Part shown: positions 36,415-44,968 of the stretch, in pieces
Numbering within the stretch: the stretch's first letter is position 1
Layout of the letters: every line of letters starts with the position of its first letter
Source of the DNA: a virus
Reading direction: 5' to 3' (one strand)
DNA length: 45,167 bases
IMG/VR virus record: IMGVR_UViG_3300017963_000206
Notes under the pieces: generated by a model
What the model was told of the DNA's origin: nothing
Databases searched by the model: none
What the model saw: only the letters and a program-made list of their open reading frames with translations
Program-made: the position numbers and the translations under genes

Positions 36415-37128
36415 ATGTCAAAGAGGAAAAAGAAATCCTCAAAGAAGAAGTCTCCCAAAAAGAAGCGGGTAAAGGGAATCTATCTCGCTATCCACGCTGG
36501 CAAGCAACGTCCCGTCCATATTAAGCGCGTGAAGGCTGAGAGTCCTGAGTACCGGGACTATCGTATGTCTCTCGTTGCGCTCTGGTTCTATGCTGCCGAA
36601 ACGAAAAAGGGAGGCAACCGTTCTGATGAGGCTCGTAAGTTAATCAAGGCCGGAAAACTTAAACCGATTTTTCAGTCCGGTCCACTTCCGAAAAGATATC
36701 GCCATAAAAAGGAAGCAACAGAGAAACAGGTCTTTGAGGAATCGACCCCGGCTGAAAAGAAGCGGGTACTCGCAACCGCAATGCGACTCGTGAAGGAAAG
36801 AGAGGAAGTAAAGGCAATGAATGGAAAATCAAAAAAATCGAAAAAGTCTGAAAAGACAAAGGGCAAAAAGAAGTCGAAGAAAAAGGGAACGAAGAAAAAA
36901 TCGGATAAGAAGAAATCCGCGAAAAGTTATTACGAACCTGTGAAACCGAAACCCGCACCGGAAATCAATCTCAACGGTAAGGCGAAGAAAGCTATGGAAG
37001 CGGCGATTACGGCATTACAGGAAACCGATACCACGGCGAACATTATCAATCCGGGGAAGATTCGTAAGATGCGTAAGGCGGCTATCGCAAAACTGGAAGA
37101 GGCTCTCGAAATCGCGGGAGGTGAATAG
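36415..37128 (+). CDS. highly basic protein with two Lys/Ser-rich tracts
   Basis: GGAGGG SD; KKKSSKKKSPKKK and KSKKSKKSEKTKGKKKSKKKG tracts. Confidence 0.75.
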   Translation: MSKRKKKSSKKKSPKKKRVKGIYLAIHAGKQRPVHIKRVKAESPEYRDYRMSLVALWFYAAETKKGGNRSDEARKLIKAGKLKPIFQSGPLPKRYRHKKEATEKQVFEESTPAEKKRVLATAMRLVKEREEVKAMNGKSKKSKKSEKTKGKKKSKKKGTKKKSDKKKSAKSYYEPVKPKPAPEINLNGKAKKAMEAAITALQETDTTANIINPGKIRKMRKAAIAKLEEALEIAGGE

Positions 37129-37568
37129 TGCCGAGAAAAACAATAACCTTCGATGAACGCCGGGAGAGTACCCGGAAAATGTTTCTCAAAGACCATAACC
37201 GTCTGATTAAATTTATGGAGAAGTTCGACATCAATGAGCAATGGCATGAACCGGATAACTCCGGCGTGACCGCTCTCGTTACTGGTCTCAAACTCGATAA
37301 CGCTTTTGGCAGTAACTACCATAAGAACAATCAGGAGCTTACGGTTGTCGTGATGGATGAGGACCATAACGATGAGTGTCCGATTAATCTGTCAACACTT
37401 CTCGCGCTCGCAACCGGAGTCATTGATAAACTCGCTCTGACCGAAGACGATAAGTACCTCCTGAAATGTATGCGCGAACAGGAGGAAGACGGGGAAGGTT
37501 ACGCTATGGACCTTCACACTCTCAAACGGTTGAACAAAATTATTAATCGTCTGCTGGTGAACGAGTAG
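37128..37568 (+). CDS. hypothetical protein
   Basis: GGAGGTG SD, GTG start. Confidence 0.75.
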   Translation: MPRKTITFDERRESTRKMFLKDHNRLIKFMEKFDINEQWHEPDNSGVTALVTGLKLDNAFGSNYHKNNQELTVVVMDEDHNDECPINLSTLLALATGVIDKLALTEDDKYLLKCMREQEEDGEGYAMDLHTLKRLNKIINRLLVNE

Positions 37569-37576
37569 GAGTTACT

Positions 37577-38122
37577 ATGAGACCGCCAAATGAATCCTAC
37601 TGTAAAGACTGTAAAATCGCAATAGACTCCGATGCGGAATATTGCGAAGTGTGTTACAACAAGCGTTACCGTTATTTTATTTTGGAGCAAAAAAAACATC
37701 GGATATACGTTCATCTTCCGGACTGTGATTTCTCAATAATCTGGAAGGAACATGAACACTTCAACACCGGAGGTATGACTTACTTTGATTGCGAAGTACG
37801 TTTCCACCGTGACGCTTTCAAGGGCATCGGTAAGGGAGCGGTTACGAAACTTTTCAAAGCTCTCGGTGAGGGTCTTGCAAACTTCCCCCGTGAACACGGT
37901 TGGAAGTATCCGGAGATGTCGGACGTTGTTTGCATTCTTTCAGCGGCGGGATTTTTACAAAGAACCGAGACACCTTTTGAAGAGGAGATGCGCGAAAAAG
38001 ATTCGGAAAAATTATTCGAGAAGCTATATAAAGAATTAAAAAAATCCGGAGTGTCTCCGGTTGATATGGCTCGTAAACTTTTAGAAAAAGCGAAAGAGGT
38101 GAAGGAAGATGAACAGAGTTAA
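37577..38122 (+). CDS. hypothetical protein with N-terminal Zn ribbon
   Basis: CKDC...CEVC; AGGAG SD. Confidence 0.75.
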   Translation: MRPPNESYCKDCKIAIDSDAEYCEVCYNKRYRYFILEQKKHRIYVHLPDCDFSIIWKEHEHFNTGGMTYFDCEVRFHRDAFKGIGKGAVTKLFKALGEGLANFPREHGWKYPEMSDVVCILSAAGFLQRTETPFEEEMREKDSEKLFEKLYKELKKSGVSPVDMARKLLEKAKEVKEDEQS

Positions 38123-38423
38123 AATATCTCGCTGGTGTTCTCTCTTTCATGGGAGCATCACCAATTTTATTTTCCCTCCGTCTTTCAGACTCGAAGAAGA
38201 CGGAGTGCATCTGAACGAAATCGAAGCATTTTATTTTCCGTGGAAACGTATCCACGACTTCGTTCCGAAAGCGGAGATAGCTTCGGTCTCGCATAACAGA
38301 GGTTTGATTTGGGACACCGTTGTAATCGAAACTCGCGGCGGTAACTCAATGGGTATCCGTGGTCTCCGGAAAAAAGAGGCTCAGATTATCGCGGAAAATA
38401 TTCGCGGTATCATCGGGAGGTAA
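38109..38423 (+). CDS. bacterial PH-domain-like protein
   Basis: IASVSHNRGLIWDTVVIETRGG...IRGLRKKEA pattern resembles bPH domains. Confidence 0.55.
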   Translation: MNRVKISRWCSLFHGSITNFIFPPSFRLEEDGVHLNEIEAFYFPWKRIHDFVPKAEIASVSHNRGLIWDTVVIETRGGNSMGIRGLRKKEAQIIAENIRGIIGR

Positions 38424-38424
38424 A

Positions 38425-38607
38425 ATGCTGACCGTATGTATTATAACTATCGTGGTCCTGATAATTGCCATTTGTATTCTCGCCGTATGGGTACACAGTT
38501 TGACCGATGCGGTTGATACCGTGAAGCAACAGATGAGTAAACAAATCGGTATCAATGAGGGTATCGCAAAAGTGCTTGAATTGTGCGATTCATGCACAAA
38601 AAATTAG
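38425..38607 (+). CDS. small single-TM protein
   Basis: GGGAGGTAAAATG; MLTVCIITIVVLIIAICILAVW. Confidence 0.7.
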   Translation: MLTVCIITIVVLIIAICILAVWVHSLTDAVDTVKQQMSKQIGINEGIAKVLELCDSCTKN

Positions 38608-38630
38608 TTTGAAGAAAATAAAAAAAGGTG

Positions 38631-38659
38631 TTGACAAATAGATAGAATTTTGGTATAAT
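38631..38659 (+). promoter_or_regulatory. consensus sigma70 early promoter
   Basis: TTGACA-17 nt-TATAAT; spacer ends ATTTTGG. Confidence 0.85.
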
Positions 38660-38718
38660 ACGGTAGTTTTAGTGGAGATACTACTTTTCAGTAAACCATA
38701 AAAGGAGGGCTACCAATT

Positions 38719-39888
38719 ATGGCAAAGAAAAACGGACACACGAAAGAATTGAAAAAGCTACAGTCGGTTGTAGCGGAAATGAAGTCGGCATTGCTTGAAC
38801 GTGAGGACCACGTTGATACGTTTACTTGCGCTCTTCTCTCCGGCGAAAACGTCTTCTTTATCGGCAAACCCGGAACTGCCAAATCAATGATGTGCCGGGA
38901 ATACTTCGGACGCATTAAAGGCGCGTCCTACTTCGAGTGGCTCATGTCAAAAACAACTGTGCCGGAAGAACTCTTCGGTCCGGTTGACCTTGACAAATAC
39001 ATGAACGAACAAAACTTCTCTCGCAATACTGAAGACAAACTTCCGGAAGCAACCTTCGCGTTTCTCGATGAACCGGGGAAAGCTTCTTCGAGTATCCTGA
39101 ACACGTTGCTCACTCTTATCAACGAAAAGAAATTTCATAACGGCAGGACACCGCAAGACGTTCCGCTTCGCTCTCTGGTAAGTGCCTCAAACGAATTTTT
39201 TGAAGGCGAAGAGATGGAGGCACTCTTTGACCGTTACGTTGTGAAGCTCGAAGTCGTGAGCATCAACGAAAGAGTAAACCGGATTGAACTTCTCTCCGGT
39301 AACACCGCTTCGACTCGTAAAGCTTCGATAACTCTCAAGGAACTTGATACGTTGGTCGCGTCCTGCAAAGAGGTTGAAGTTCCGGACGATATTATAAAGA
39401 CCATCCTGAAAATTCAGGACAAACTTCGGGAGGAAGGCATTTGGCTCAGTGACCGTGTTCTTTACCGGACCTGTGCGAACCGGGACCGCAATGGTGACAT
39501 GAGACCGAACATCCTGAAGGCACACGCGCTTTTGAATGGTCGTACTGAAGTCAACGAAGACGACCTCATGGTTCTCGAACATTGCTTCTGGCACACGATT
39601 GAGGAGCGTGATAAAATTTCGGTTATCATCAAAAAGATGAGCAATCCGGATGCTATGAAGGTTGATACTATCATCGAAAACTCCAAAAGCCTTCACCACG
39701 ATGCAATGGCAAGTTCTTCCTCAATGGAAACCGTTTTTCAGGCGGTTGAAAAACTGAAACAGGGGGAACAGGAACTTGAGGATATAATCGACCATCCCCG
39801 TAAGAAACGTATTCACGGTAGGGCGAAGAAAGCTCTGAAGGTCGTACAGGGCTACCGCGAAGAAATCGTCCGTGAGAAACTCGGATAA
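38719..39888 (+). CDS. MoxR-family AAA+ ATPase (RavA-like)
   Basis: GKPGTAKS, YFEWLMSKTTVPEELFGP, FLDE, ILNTLL, ASNE, ALFDR. Confidence 0.9.
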   Translation: MAKKNGHTKELKKLQSVVAEMKSALLEREDHVDTFTCALLSGENVFFIGKPGTAKSMMCREYFGRIKGASYFEWLMSKTTVPEELFGPVDLDKYMNEQNFSRNTEDKLPEATFAFLDEPGKASSSILNTLLTLINEKKFHNGRTPQDVPLRSLVSASNEFFEGEEMEALFDRYVVKLEVVSINERVNRIELLSGNTASTRKASITLKELDTLVASCKEVEVPDDIIKTILKIQDKLREEGIWLSDRVLYRTCANRDRNGDMRPNILKAHALLNGRTEVNEDDLMVLEHCFWHTIEERDKISVIIKKMSNPDAMKVDTIIENSKSLHHDAMASSSSMETVFQAVEKLKQGEQELEDIIDHPRKKRIHGRAKKALKVVQGYREEIVREKLG

Positions 39889-39920
39889 TCAATCCTGATT
39901 CGATAAAGGAGCAATACATT

Positions 39921-41009
39921 ATGAAAACGAAACCGAAACGATTCACGGTAAAGGAATACGCGAAAGAACTCAAGGCGAGTAACGCCCCGCTAGTCGGCTA
40001 TCTCGTCTGGTACAATCTTTCGGGTAGGGTTCTACACACGGCTTTTCAGAAAGCATTTGCGGCATCGGGTCTCCCGTCCGGTTATGAAATCAAACCCGTA
40101 CAGCCGTGGCAAGCTTTCAGACGCGCAACCCGTCAGTTTGAACGCGCAACCGCAGGGGAAGGATTCGCAGACCTGTTTGAAGATGATGCCGACACCGCGA
40201 AGGTCGCTCTGGTCGCTCGTGACGATTCCGAGAAGGATAACGACAAAATCAATTACGCGCACGAGACTACCATACTTCTCGATAAGCAAACCGGAAGTCT
40301 CGATATTCGCGGCGTTTTCCTCACGGATGTTTTCAAAAAGCTTTACAAGGAAAACCGCGAGTACCATAACCATACGGATATCCGGCGCATCGTGATTGAT
40401 TACCTGAACGAAAAATGTCAGGCACATAGCGTCCGGGACCACGGCGGCATTTACTTCGTTCCGAATACTTTCATCGGAGAGATTGCGAGACTCAAAGTAT
40501 TTCTGGACCGTCTCGGAAACAACAGTCACTTTTATACTCTCCCGGTTGCCGACACGAAACAGGCACGGGTCGAAGTCAAGAAAAGTTTCGCGGAACAGAT
40601 GGAGGCCGAAATCGTCCGGTTCCATGAAGAACTGGCGAAGGTCGCGGAGAACCGTTACCATACTTCCGCAATGCAGAAAAAACTCGATGAGTTCAATAAA
40701 CTGCGTACAAAGGTGAGTGCTTATCAAGACTTGCTGAAGTACAAAGCAAAGGACTCGATAAAAGCAATCACGATGCTCGAAAAGAAAGTCAAGAAACTGA
40801 TTGACAAAGGCATCGAGAGGGATGTTGAAACGAAGGAAGCGCAACGGGAACGGAGGAAAGAAAAGGCCCGTGAGCGCAGAGCGGAAGAGAAAAAGGAAAA
40901 GAAGAAGAAGTCCAAAAAGACGAAGAAGTCTTCAAAGAAGAAATCCGATAAGAAAAAGAAATCGACCAAGAAAAAGGACTCGAAGAAAAAGAAGAAAAAG
41001 AAAAAGTAG
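39921..41009 (+). CDS. DUF6744/DUF3150-like protein with Lys-rich tail
   Basis: VGYLVWY, AFRRA and GGIYFVP motifs; adjacent to the AAA gene (family recalled, not searched). Confidence 0.6.
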   Translation: MKTKPKRFTVKEYAKELKASNAPLVGYLVWYNLSGRVLHTAFQKAFAASGLPSGYEIKPVQPWQAFRRATRQFERATAGEGFADLFEDDADTAKVALVARDDSEKDNDKINYAHETTILLDKQTGSLDIRGVFLTDVFKKLYKENREYHNHTDIRRIVIDYLNEKCQAHSVRDHGGIYFVPNTFIGEIARLKVFLDRLGNNSHFYTLPVADTKQARVEVKKSFAEQMEAEIVRFHEELAKVAENRYHTSAMQKKLDEFNKLRTKVSAYQDLLKYKAKDSIKAITMLEKKVKKLIDKGIERDVETKEAQRERRKEKARERRAEEKKEKKKKSKKTKKSSKKKSDKKKKSTKKKDSKKKKKKKK

Positions 41010-41017
41010 CGGGTAGT

Positions 41018-41058
41018 GTGGGGAGAATCGTCTAGCCCTCCTTGACGGTTCTCCCCGC
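41018..41058 (+). promoter_or_regulatory. 15-bp stem-loop whose loop is antisense to the AAGGAGGGCTA leaders
   Basis: GTGGGGAGAATCGTC-TAGCCCTCCTT-GACGGTTCTCCCCGC. Confidence 0.65.
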
Positions 41059-41118
41059 TGTGTTTAAAAGTTTGCGTAACCACTTTATTATTATGTTAGA
41101 AAGAAAGTTGAGGTTACG

Positions 41119-41373
41119 ATGATAAACAACCGGAATCTTTACCTGTACGGAAACACTCCGGTCCTGATTCCAGAGATGGACGGGAACGCAAAGTGTATCG
41201 TGTGCGGTAACTATAGACCTGTATGTTGTAACACGGCAACGATAGACCTCCCGTTTGTCACGGCGCATATCGAACCCGTGTGTATTGATTGTTGTGATTC
41301 AAGTCCTGCCCAAATATGGGAAGGGAAGTCGGTTGCCGGGGGGACTTACTCCCGTTGCGATTGCGAACACTAA
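41119..41373 (+). CDS. small Cys-rich protein
   Basis: GAGGT SD; CIVC and CIDC. Confidence 0.6.
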   Translation: MINNRNLYLYGNTPVLIPEMDGNAKCIVCGNYRPVCCNTATIDLPFVTAHIEPVCIDCCDSSPAQIWEGKSVAGGTYSRCDCEH

Positions 41374-41382
41374 GGAGGATAA

Positions 41383-41502
41383 ATGAAAATTTTTATAGGC
41401 GTTCTCAATGCTTGTGCTGAAATCGTAAAGATAATTATGATGGCGGTTCTCGCCGTTTGTCTTTACACATTGGAAGTCTGTCTCGGTAAGAAGAGGTTGT
41501 AA
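41383..41502 (+). CDS. 39-aa hydrophobic peptide (not in ORF track)
   Basis: AAGGAGG SD; stop overlaps the next ATG. Confidence 0.55.
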   Translation: MKIFIGVLNACAEIVKIIMMAVLAVCLYTLEVCLGKKRL

Positions 41503-41819
41503 TGAAACTCCCGGTCTTCGATTGCGTACAATGCGGTTACTGTTGCACTCGCGGTGTCTGTCCCTTCGGTAAGTGGGACGATGCGAAAGAACGATGTGCT
41601 TACCTCACCGAAAAAAATCTCTGCGAGAAATATGAAGAGATTATCGCGGCAGAGAAAAAATTGGAGCAACCATTTTCCCCGGCAATGGGTCACGGTTGCT
41701 GTTCCGTATTAAACGAAACTCGGAGGCAAAAATTTATCGAACTCGGATTTATCATCGGCAAGACGTGGGAAGATTGGTTTAATTTTTATCTCACGAAGAT
41801 GCCGGAACGGGAGGGTTAA
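41502..41819 (+). CDS. CxxCxxCC (YkgJ-like) Fe-S/Zn cluster protein
   Basis: CVQCGYCC...CPF...CAYL...LCEKY. Confidence 0.7.
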   Translation: MKLPVFDCVQCGYCCTRGVCPFGKWDDAKERCAYLTEKNLCEKYEEIIAAEKKLEQPFSPAMGHGCCSVLNETRRQKFIELGFIIGKTWEDWFNFYLTKMPEREG

Positions 41820-42010
41820 TGGCTGATACAAAAGTTAAAGTTGAACGGAACGATTTATTGGAGTGGGCTGAAGTCCTAGCGGAAGTCACCACTGATTTAC
41901 ACTCGCGTCCGGACCCGGATGAAGAACTTTGCCGGGAAGCGGATTTCACTTTACGCTGGATGCTCAACTACATCCGGAAGAGTAAAAAGGGAGATGAGAG
42001 TGGAACATAA
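41819..42010 (+). CDS. hypothetical protein
   Basis: GGAGGG SD; TAATG coupling. Confidence 0.65.
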   Translation: MADTKVKVERNDLLEWAEVLAEVTTDLHSRPDPDEELCREADFTLRWMLNYIRKSKKGDESGT

Positions 42011-42434
42011 CTTCGCTGAATTAAATCGTAGTAGAAGTAAACCCTTCGCAATTACTCCGGAAGGTAGAGCGGCACATCGGGCAACTACTCTCTACGTCCG
42101 ATATAAACAACAACTAAATTTTTACGTTCAAAAAGGCGTAAGTCTTTTTGGGGATGATGAGCAAGCATGGAGGGGTAAGTACGGAAAAAAAGCGAAAGCA
42201 ATGAAGGATGCTGAATTAACATTGCTCGTCTCTTTGCGGAAAGCTCTCGAAGCTGCCGGAGGGAACTCGAAGGCCGCTGACGATGATATGACTCGGAAAC
42301 TCACCGCGAAAGAAAAGAAAGAACTGAAAGCATTACTTAAAGGTAATGATGATACAAGTGGATATATGGAGAGACATTTCCGTGCAAAACTCCCCTTCAA
42401 TCCACGATTGAAAAAGAACAGGAGGAAAAAATAA
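41994..42434 (+). CDS. hypothetical basic protein
   Basis: ORF; start at 41994 or 42000. Confidence 0.65.
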   Translation: MRVEHNFAELNRSRSKPFAITPEGRAAHRATTLYVRYKQQLNFYVQKGVSLFGDDEQAWRGKYGKKAKAMKDAELTLLVSLRKALEAAGGNSKAADDDMTRKLTAKEKKELKALLKGNDDTSGYMERHFRAKLPFNPRLKKNRRKK

Positions 42435-42658
42435 TGCCTCCGAAAACTGTAACAATAAAACTCGGAGGGAAAAAAGAAACCATTGTCCCCTTCGACCATG
42501 TGAAAGGCTGCATCGAAATCGAAGCGGGTGATAAAGGACTCACCAAAGAACGGGGTACATGGTGGTGCGGTTTCCTCCACGGAATTTATTTGTACGAAAG
42601 AATTTCAGGGAAACAAAAAATCGAACTGGTTAATCTGGTAGAAAGGTTGGTGCGGTAA
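42434..42658 (+). CDS. hypothetical protein
   Basis: AGGAGG SD; TAATG coupling. Confidence 0.65.
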   Translation: MPPKTVTIKLGGKKETIVPFDHVKGCIEIEAGDKGLTKERGTWWCGFLHGIYLYERISGKQKIELVNLVERLVR

Positions 42659-43011
42659 TGCCGGAAGCAAAAGAAAAACCCATGACCCGGAAAGAACTCA
42701 TGGAAAAATTAAAGGCTCTCGGTCCGATGGATAAAGCGAAACGCAATAACGTGGTTTGCTCTCTCATCGGTCACTCTCGGATTCAGGAAACGTGTTGGGG
42801 TTATTTCCATTGCGCGAGATGTGGAGCGCAACTCGGAGACCAACTCGGAAGCGTTTATGATGCAACGGAGGTTGTAATCGTGGACCATAATTGCGCGAAG
42901 TGTCGGAAGAATTATAAGAAGCTCACATGGCGCGATAAACTCTACGTCAAAAATCCGTTCCCTAAAAAGAAAAAGAAACGGAGGAAGAATGCTAAAGCTA
43001 AAAAATCTTGA
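42658..43011 (+). CDS. Cys/His-rich protein with Lys-rich tail
   Basis: CSLIGH, CARC, HNCAKC. Confidence 0.7.
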   Translation: MPEAKEKPMTRKELMEKLKALGPMDKAKRNNVVCSLIGHSRIQETCWGYFHCARCGAQLGDQLGSVYDATEVVIVDHNCAKCRKNYKKLTWRDKLYVKNPFPKKKKKRRKNAKAKKS

Positions 43012-43237
43012 TATTATCGCACAGCTTTTTCTCAATTCTTATTCGGGTTACAACTTTTTCGATGTCGCGGAATTTATTCCGAAGGCTCTCCGGGCAAACG
43101 GATTTCAGGAAGCGGCGATTTTCCTCACGAGTAAGTTGATGGTTTATTGCAAAGACCCGAAAGACTCCACGGCGTACACGCGAAAGAAAGAGGAGCTTAC
43201 TAAAAATATACTCTTCCTTCTGAGAGGAGGTAACTAA
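42989..43237 (+). CDS. hypothetical protein
   Basis: GGAGG SD. Confidence 0.6.
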   Translation: MLKLKNLDIIAQLFLNSYSGYNFFDVAEFIPKALRANGFQEAAIFLTSKLMVYCKDPKDSTAYTRKKEELTKNILFLLRGGN

Positions 43238-43707
43238 TGGCGAAGGCACACGAATGTCGAAGTTGCGGTAAACTTTTCAAAGATTATATGTTTGAAGAAG
43301 TCTTCGAGACCCACGACCACCTTGACGTTGATTGGTGCAGATTACACCCGAAGACACTGGTAATAACCGGGAAGTACGGAGGTGGTAGCGCACTCTGCCC
43401 GGAGTGTCTCGCAAAGCACATGGCTACGATGCTTGCACTACTCCATTTCAAATTGCACGGTGAAGAGGTTTTGTATCCTGAAGTAACCGTTTCGATTCCA
43501 TGCAAAAAGTGTAAGGCTCAACATGAACCTTCAAAAATTCCGGACATGAAAAAAACCCATAACAGCGAAAGTCCGTTTAAGAAAAACGGGTTCACGATGA
43601 AATACGATTGGAACGCTTACAAGTGGTATGTCAACGGATGCCCGGATTGCAAAGGAAGGAAGACAAATGGACGAAAGAAAAAAACCAGAAAAAAAGTGCG
43701 TAAATAA
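43237..43707 (+). CDS. multi-CxxC protein with Lys-rich tail
   Basis: CRSC, CPEC, CKKC, CPDC; AGGAGGT SD. Confidence 0.7.
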   Translation: MAKAHECRSCGKLFKDYMFEEVFETHDHLDVDWCRLHPKTLVITGKYGGGSALCPECLAKHMATMLALLHFKLHGEEVLYPEVTVSIPCKKCKAQHEPSKIPDMKKTHNSESPFKKNGFTMKYDWNAYKWYVNGCPDCKGRKTNGRKKKTRKKVRK

Positions 43708-44041
43708 ATCGGATGTCAAGACCGATTATACGCGAGAGGAACTAATCGAAATCTGTGAAAGAGCGATTGTCGCTGAAGAGAATTGGCATAATCGTGACTC
43801 TGCCTCTTCGCAAACGAAGGTCGGTCAATGTTGGGCTTTGCTTAAAGCCGGATGCAAATTCAAAATTGAAAAGGAAGAAAATAATATCTCTACTAATTGG
43901 AGTACCATCTGGCTCCATATCTATTTTGACGGGTTTGCTGTTTTTGAAGGCACACTCCCAAAAGGTCAGAAGTGCGAAGAGCTTTATTATCTTCCGACTC
44001 CCGGAAGACTTGACTCCGCACAGGGAGGAGATTGGTACTAA
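43667..44041 (+). CDS. hypothetical phage protein
   Basis: WHNRDS...YYLPT...GGDWY; AAGGAG SD. Confidence 0.7.
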   Translation: MDERKKPEKKCVNKSDVKTDYTREELIEICERAIVAEENWHNRDSASSQTKVGQCWALLKAGCKFKIEKEENNISTNWSTIWLHIYFDGFAVFEGTLPKGQKCEELYYLPTPGRLDSAQGGDWY

Positions 44042-44415
44042 TGGCAACACAAGGAATGCTCGTTATCTGCACGAAACGTGGAGTCCAAATTAAAATGGTC
44101 GTAGGGTGTAATGGCTACCAGATTGACGAACTGGTTAAACATCTTATGGAAAATAAATTGTCTTCCCCTCACGAAGTTTTTGAGGCCGCGAAGGAGTTTC
44201 ATTTCGGTTGCGAAAATTGTAGGGTGTTACTTTACCGTTATAAAAAAGGTATCGAAGTAATGAAAGATACTGATGAAGAAATCAAACCGCTTTACTTTCA
44301 AACTTTTTACGATTCGTTTTTCAATCCACGCTGGCAGAGTGGGTATATTGAACATCGTTTTGTAATTCGTATCAGTCGTAAAGAAGGTGAGATAGTTTTC
44401 GAGAGGAGCTATTAA
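44041..44415 (+). CDS. hypothetical protein
   Basis: MATQG start coupled to the upstream stop. Confidence 0.7.
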   Translation: MATQGMLVICTKRGVQIKMVVGCNGYQIDELVKHLMENKLSSPHEVFEAAKEFHFGCENCRVLLYRYKKGIEVMKDTDEEIKPLYFQTFYDSFFNPRWQSGYIEHRFVIRISRKEGEIVFERSY

Positions 44416-44621
44416 TGGCTCTGAACTGGAAGAAAGTAACACACATAAAAATTTGCGAAGGTACACGGGGAGGTAGGTATTATTTCCTAACGCTCGAATG
44501 CGGTCACTTCAAATCCATAGCCATACCTCCGTTCCGAGAGTATATGATGATGGTTCCATTCAAACCGAGAAACGCACCGGAGAAAGTTATCTGTCCTATA
44601 TGTGGGAGGAAGAAAAAATAA
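44415..44621 (+). CDS. small Zn-ribbon protein
   Basis: LECGH...CPIC; GAGGAG SD. Confidence 0.65.
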   Translation: MALNWKKVTHIKICEGTRGGRYYFLTLECGHFKSIAIPPFREYMMMVPFKPRNAPEKVICPICGRKKK

Positions 44622-44941
44622 TGAGTATTGAAATTAATCTCAACGGTATTGACAGCATCGAACTCAAAAAAGTTCGTGACTTTGAAATTGGAGCGGGTGC
44701 GGAATTCGTTTTGATACTGGAAGAAGTGGACAGGCATAAACGTGTTGAAGTTACTTTCAGCACCGATACTTTTTATAATCACTTCATCATCCATATACTC
44801 GAAAAACTCGGAGTGCAACTCAGCGAGTTCATGGAAGACGCACGTTTAAAACACAACGAGATACTTAAGGCAATGCGCGAAGAAAAACTTAACGGTCACG
44901 AAGAGATGTATAAATTCATCCGCAATAAATACAAGGCGTAA
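44621..44941 (+). CDS. hypothetical protein
   Basis: GGAGG SD; TAATG coupling. Confidence 0.65.
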   Translation: MSIEINLNGIDSIELKKVRDFEIGAGAEFVLILEEVDRHKRVEVTFSTDTFYNHFIIHILEKLGVQLSEFMEDARLKHNEILKAMREEKLNGHEEMYKFIRNKYKA

Positions 44942-44968
44942 CTTTCTACCGGACAAAGGAGGTCCACA

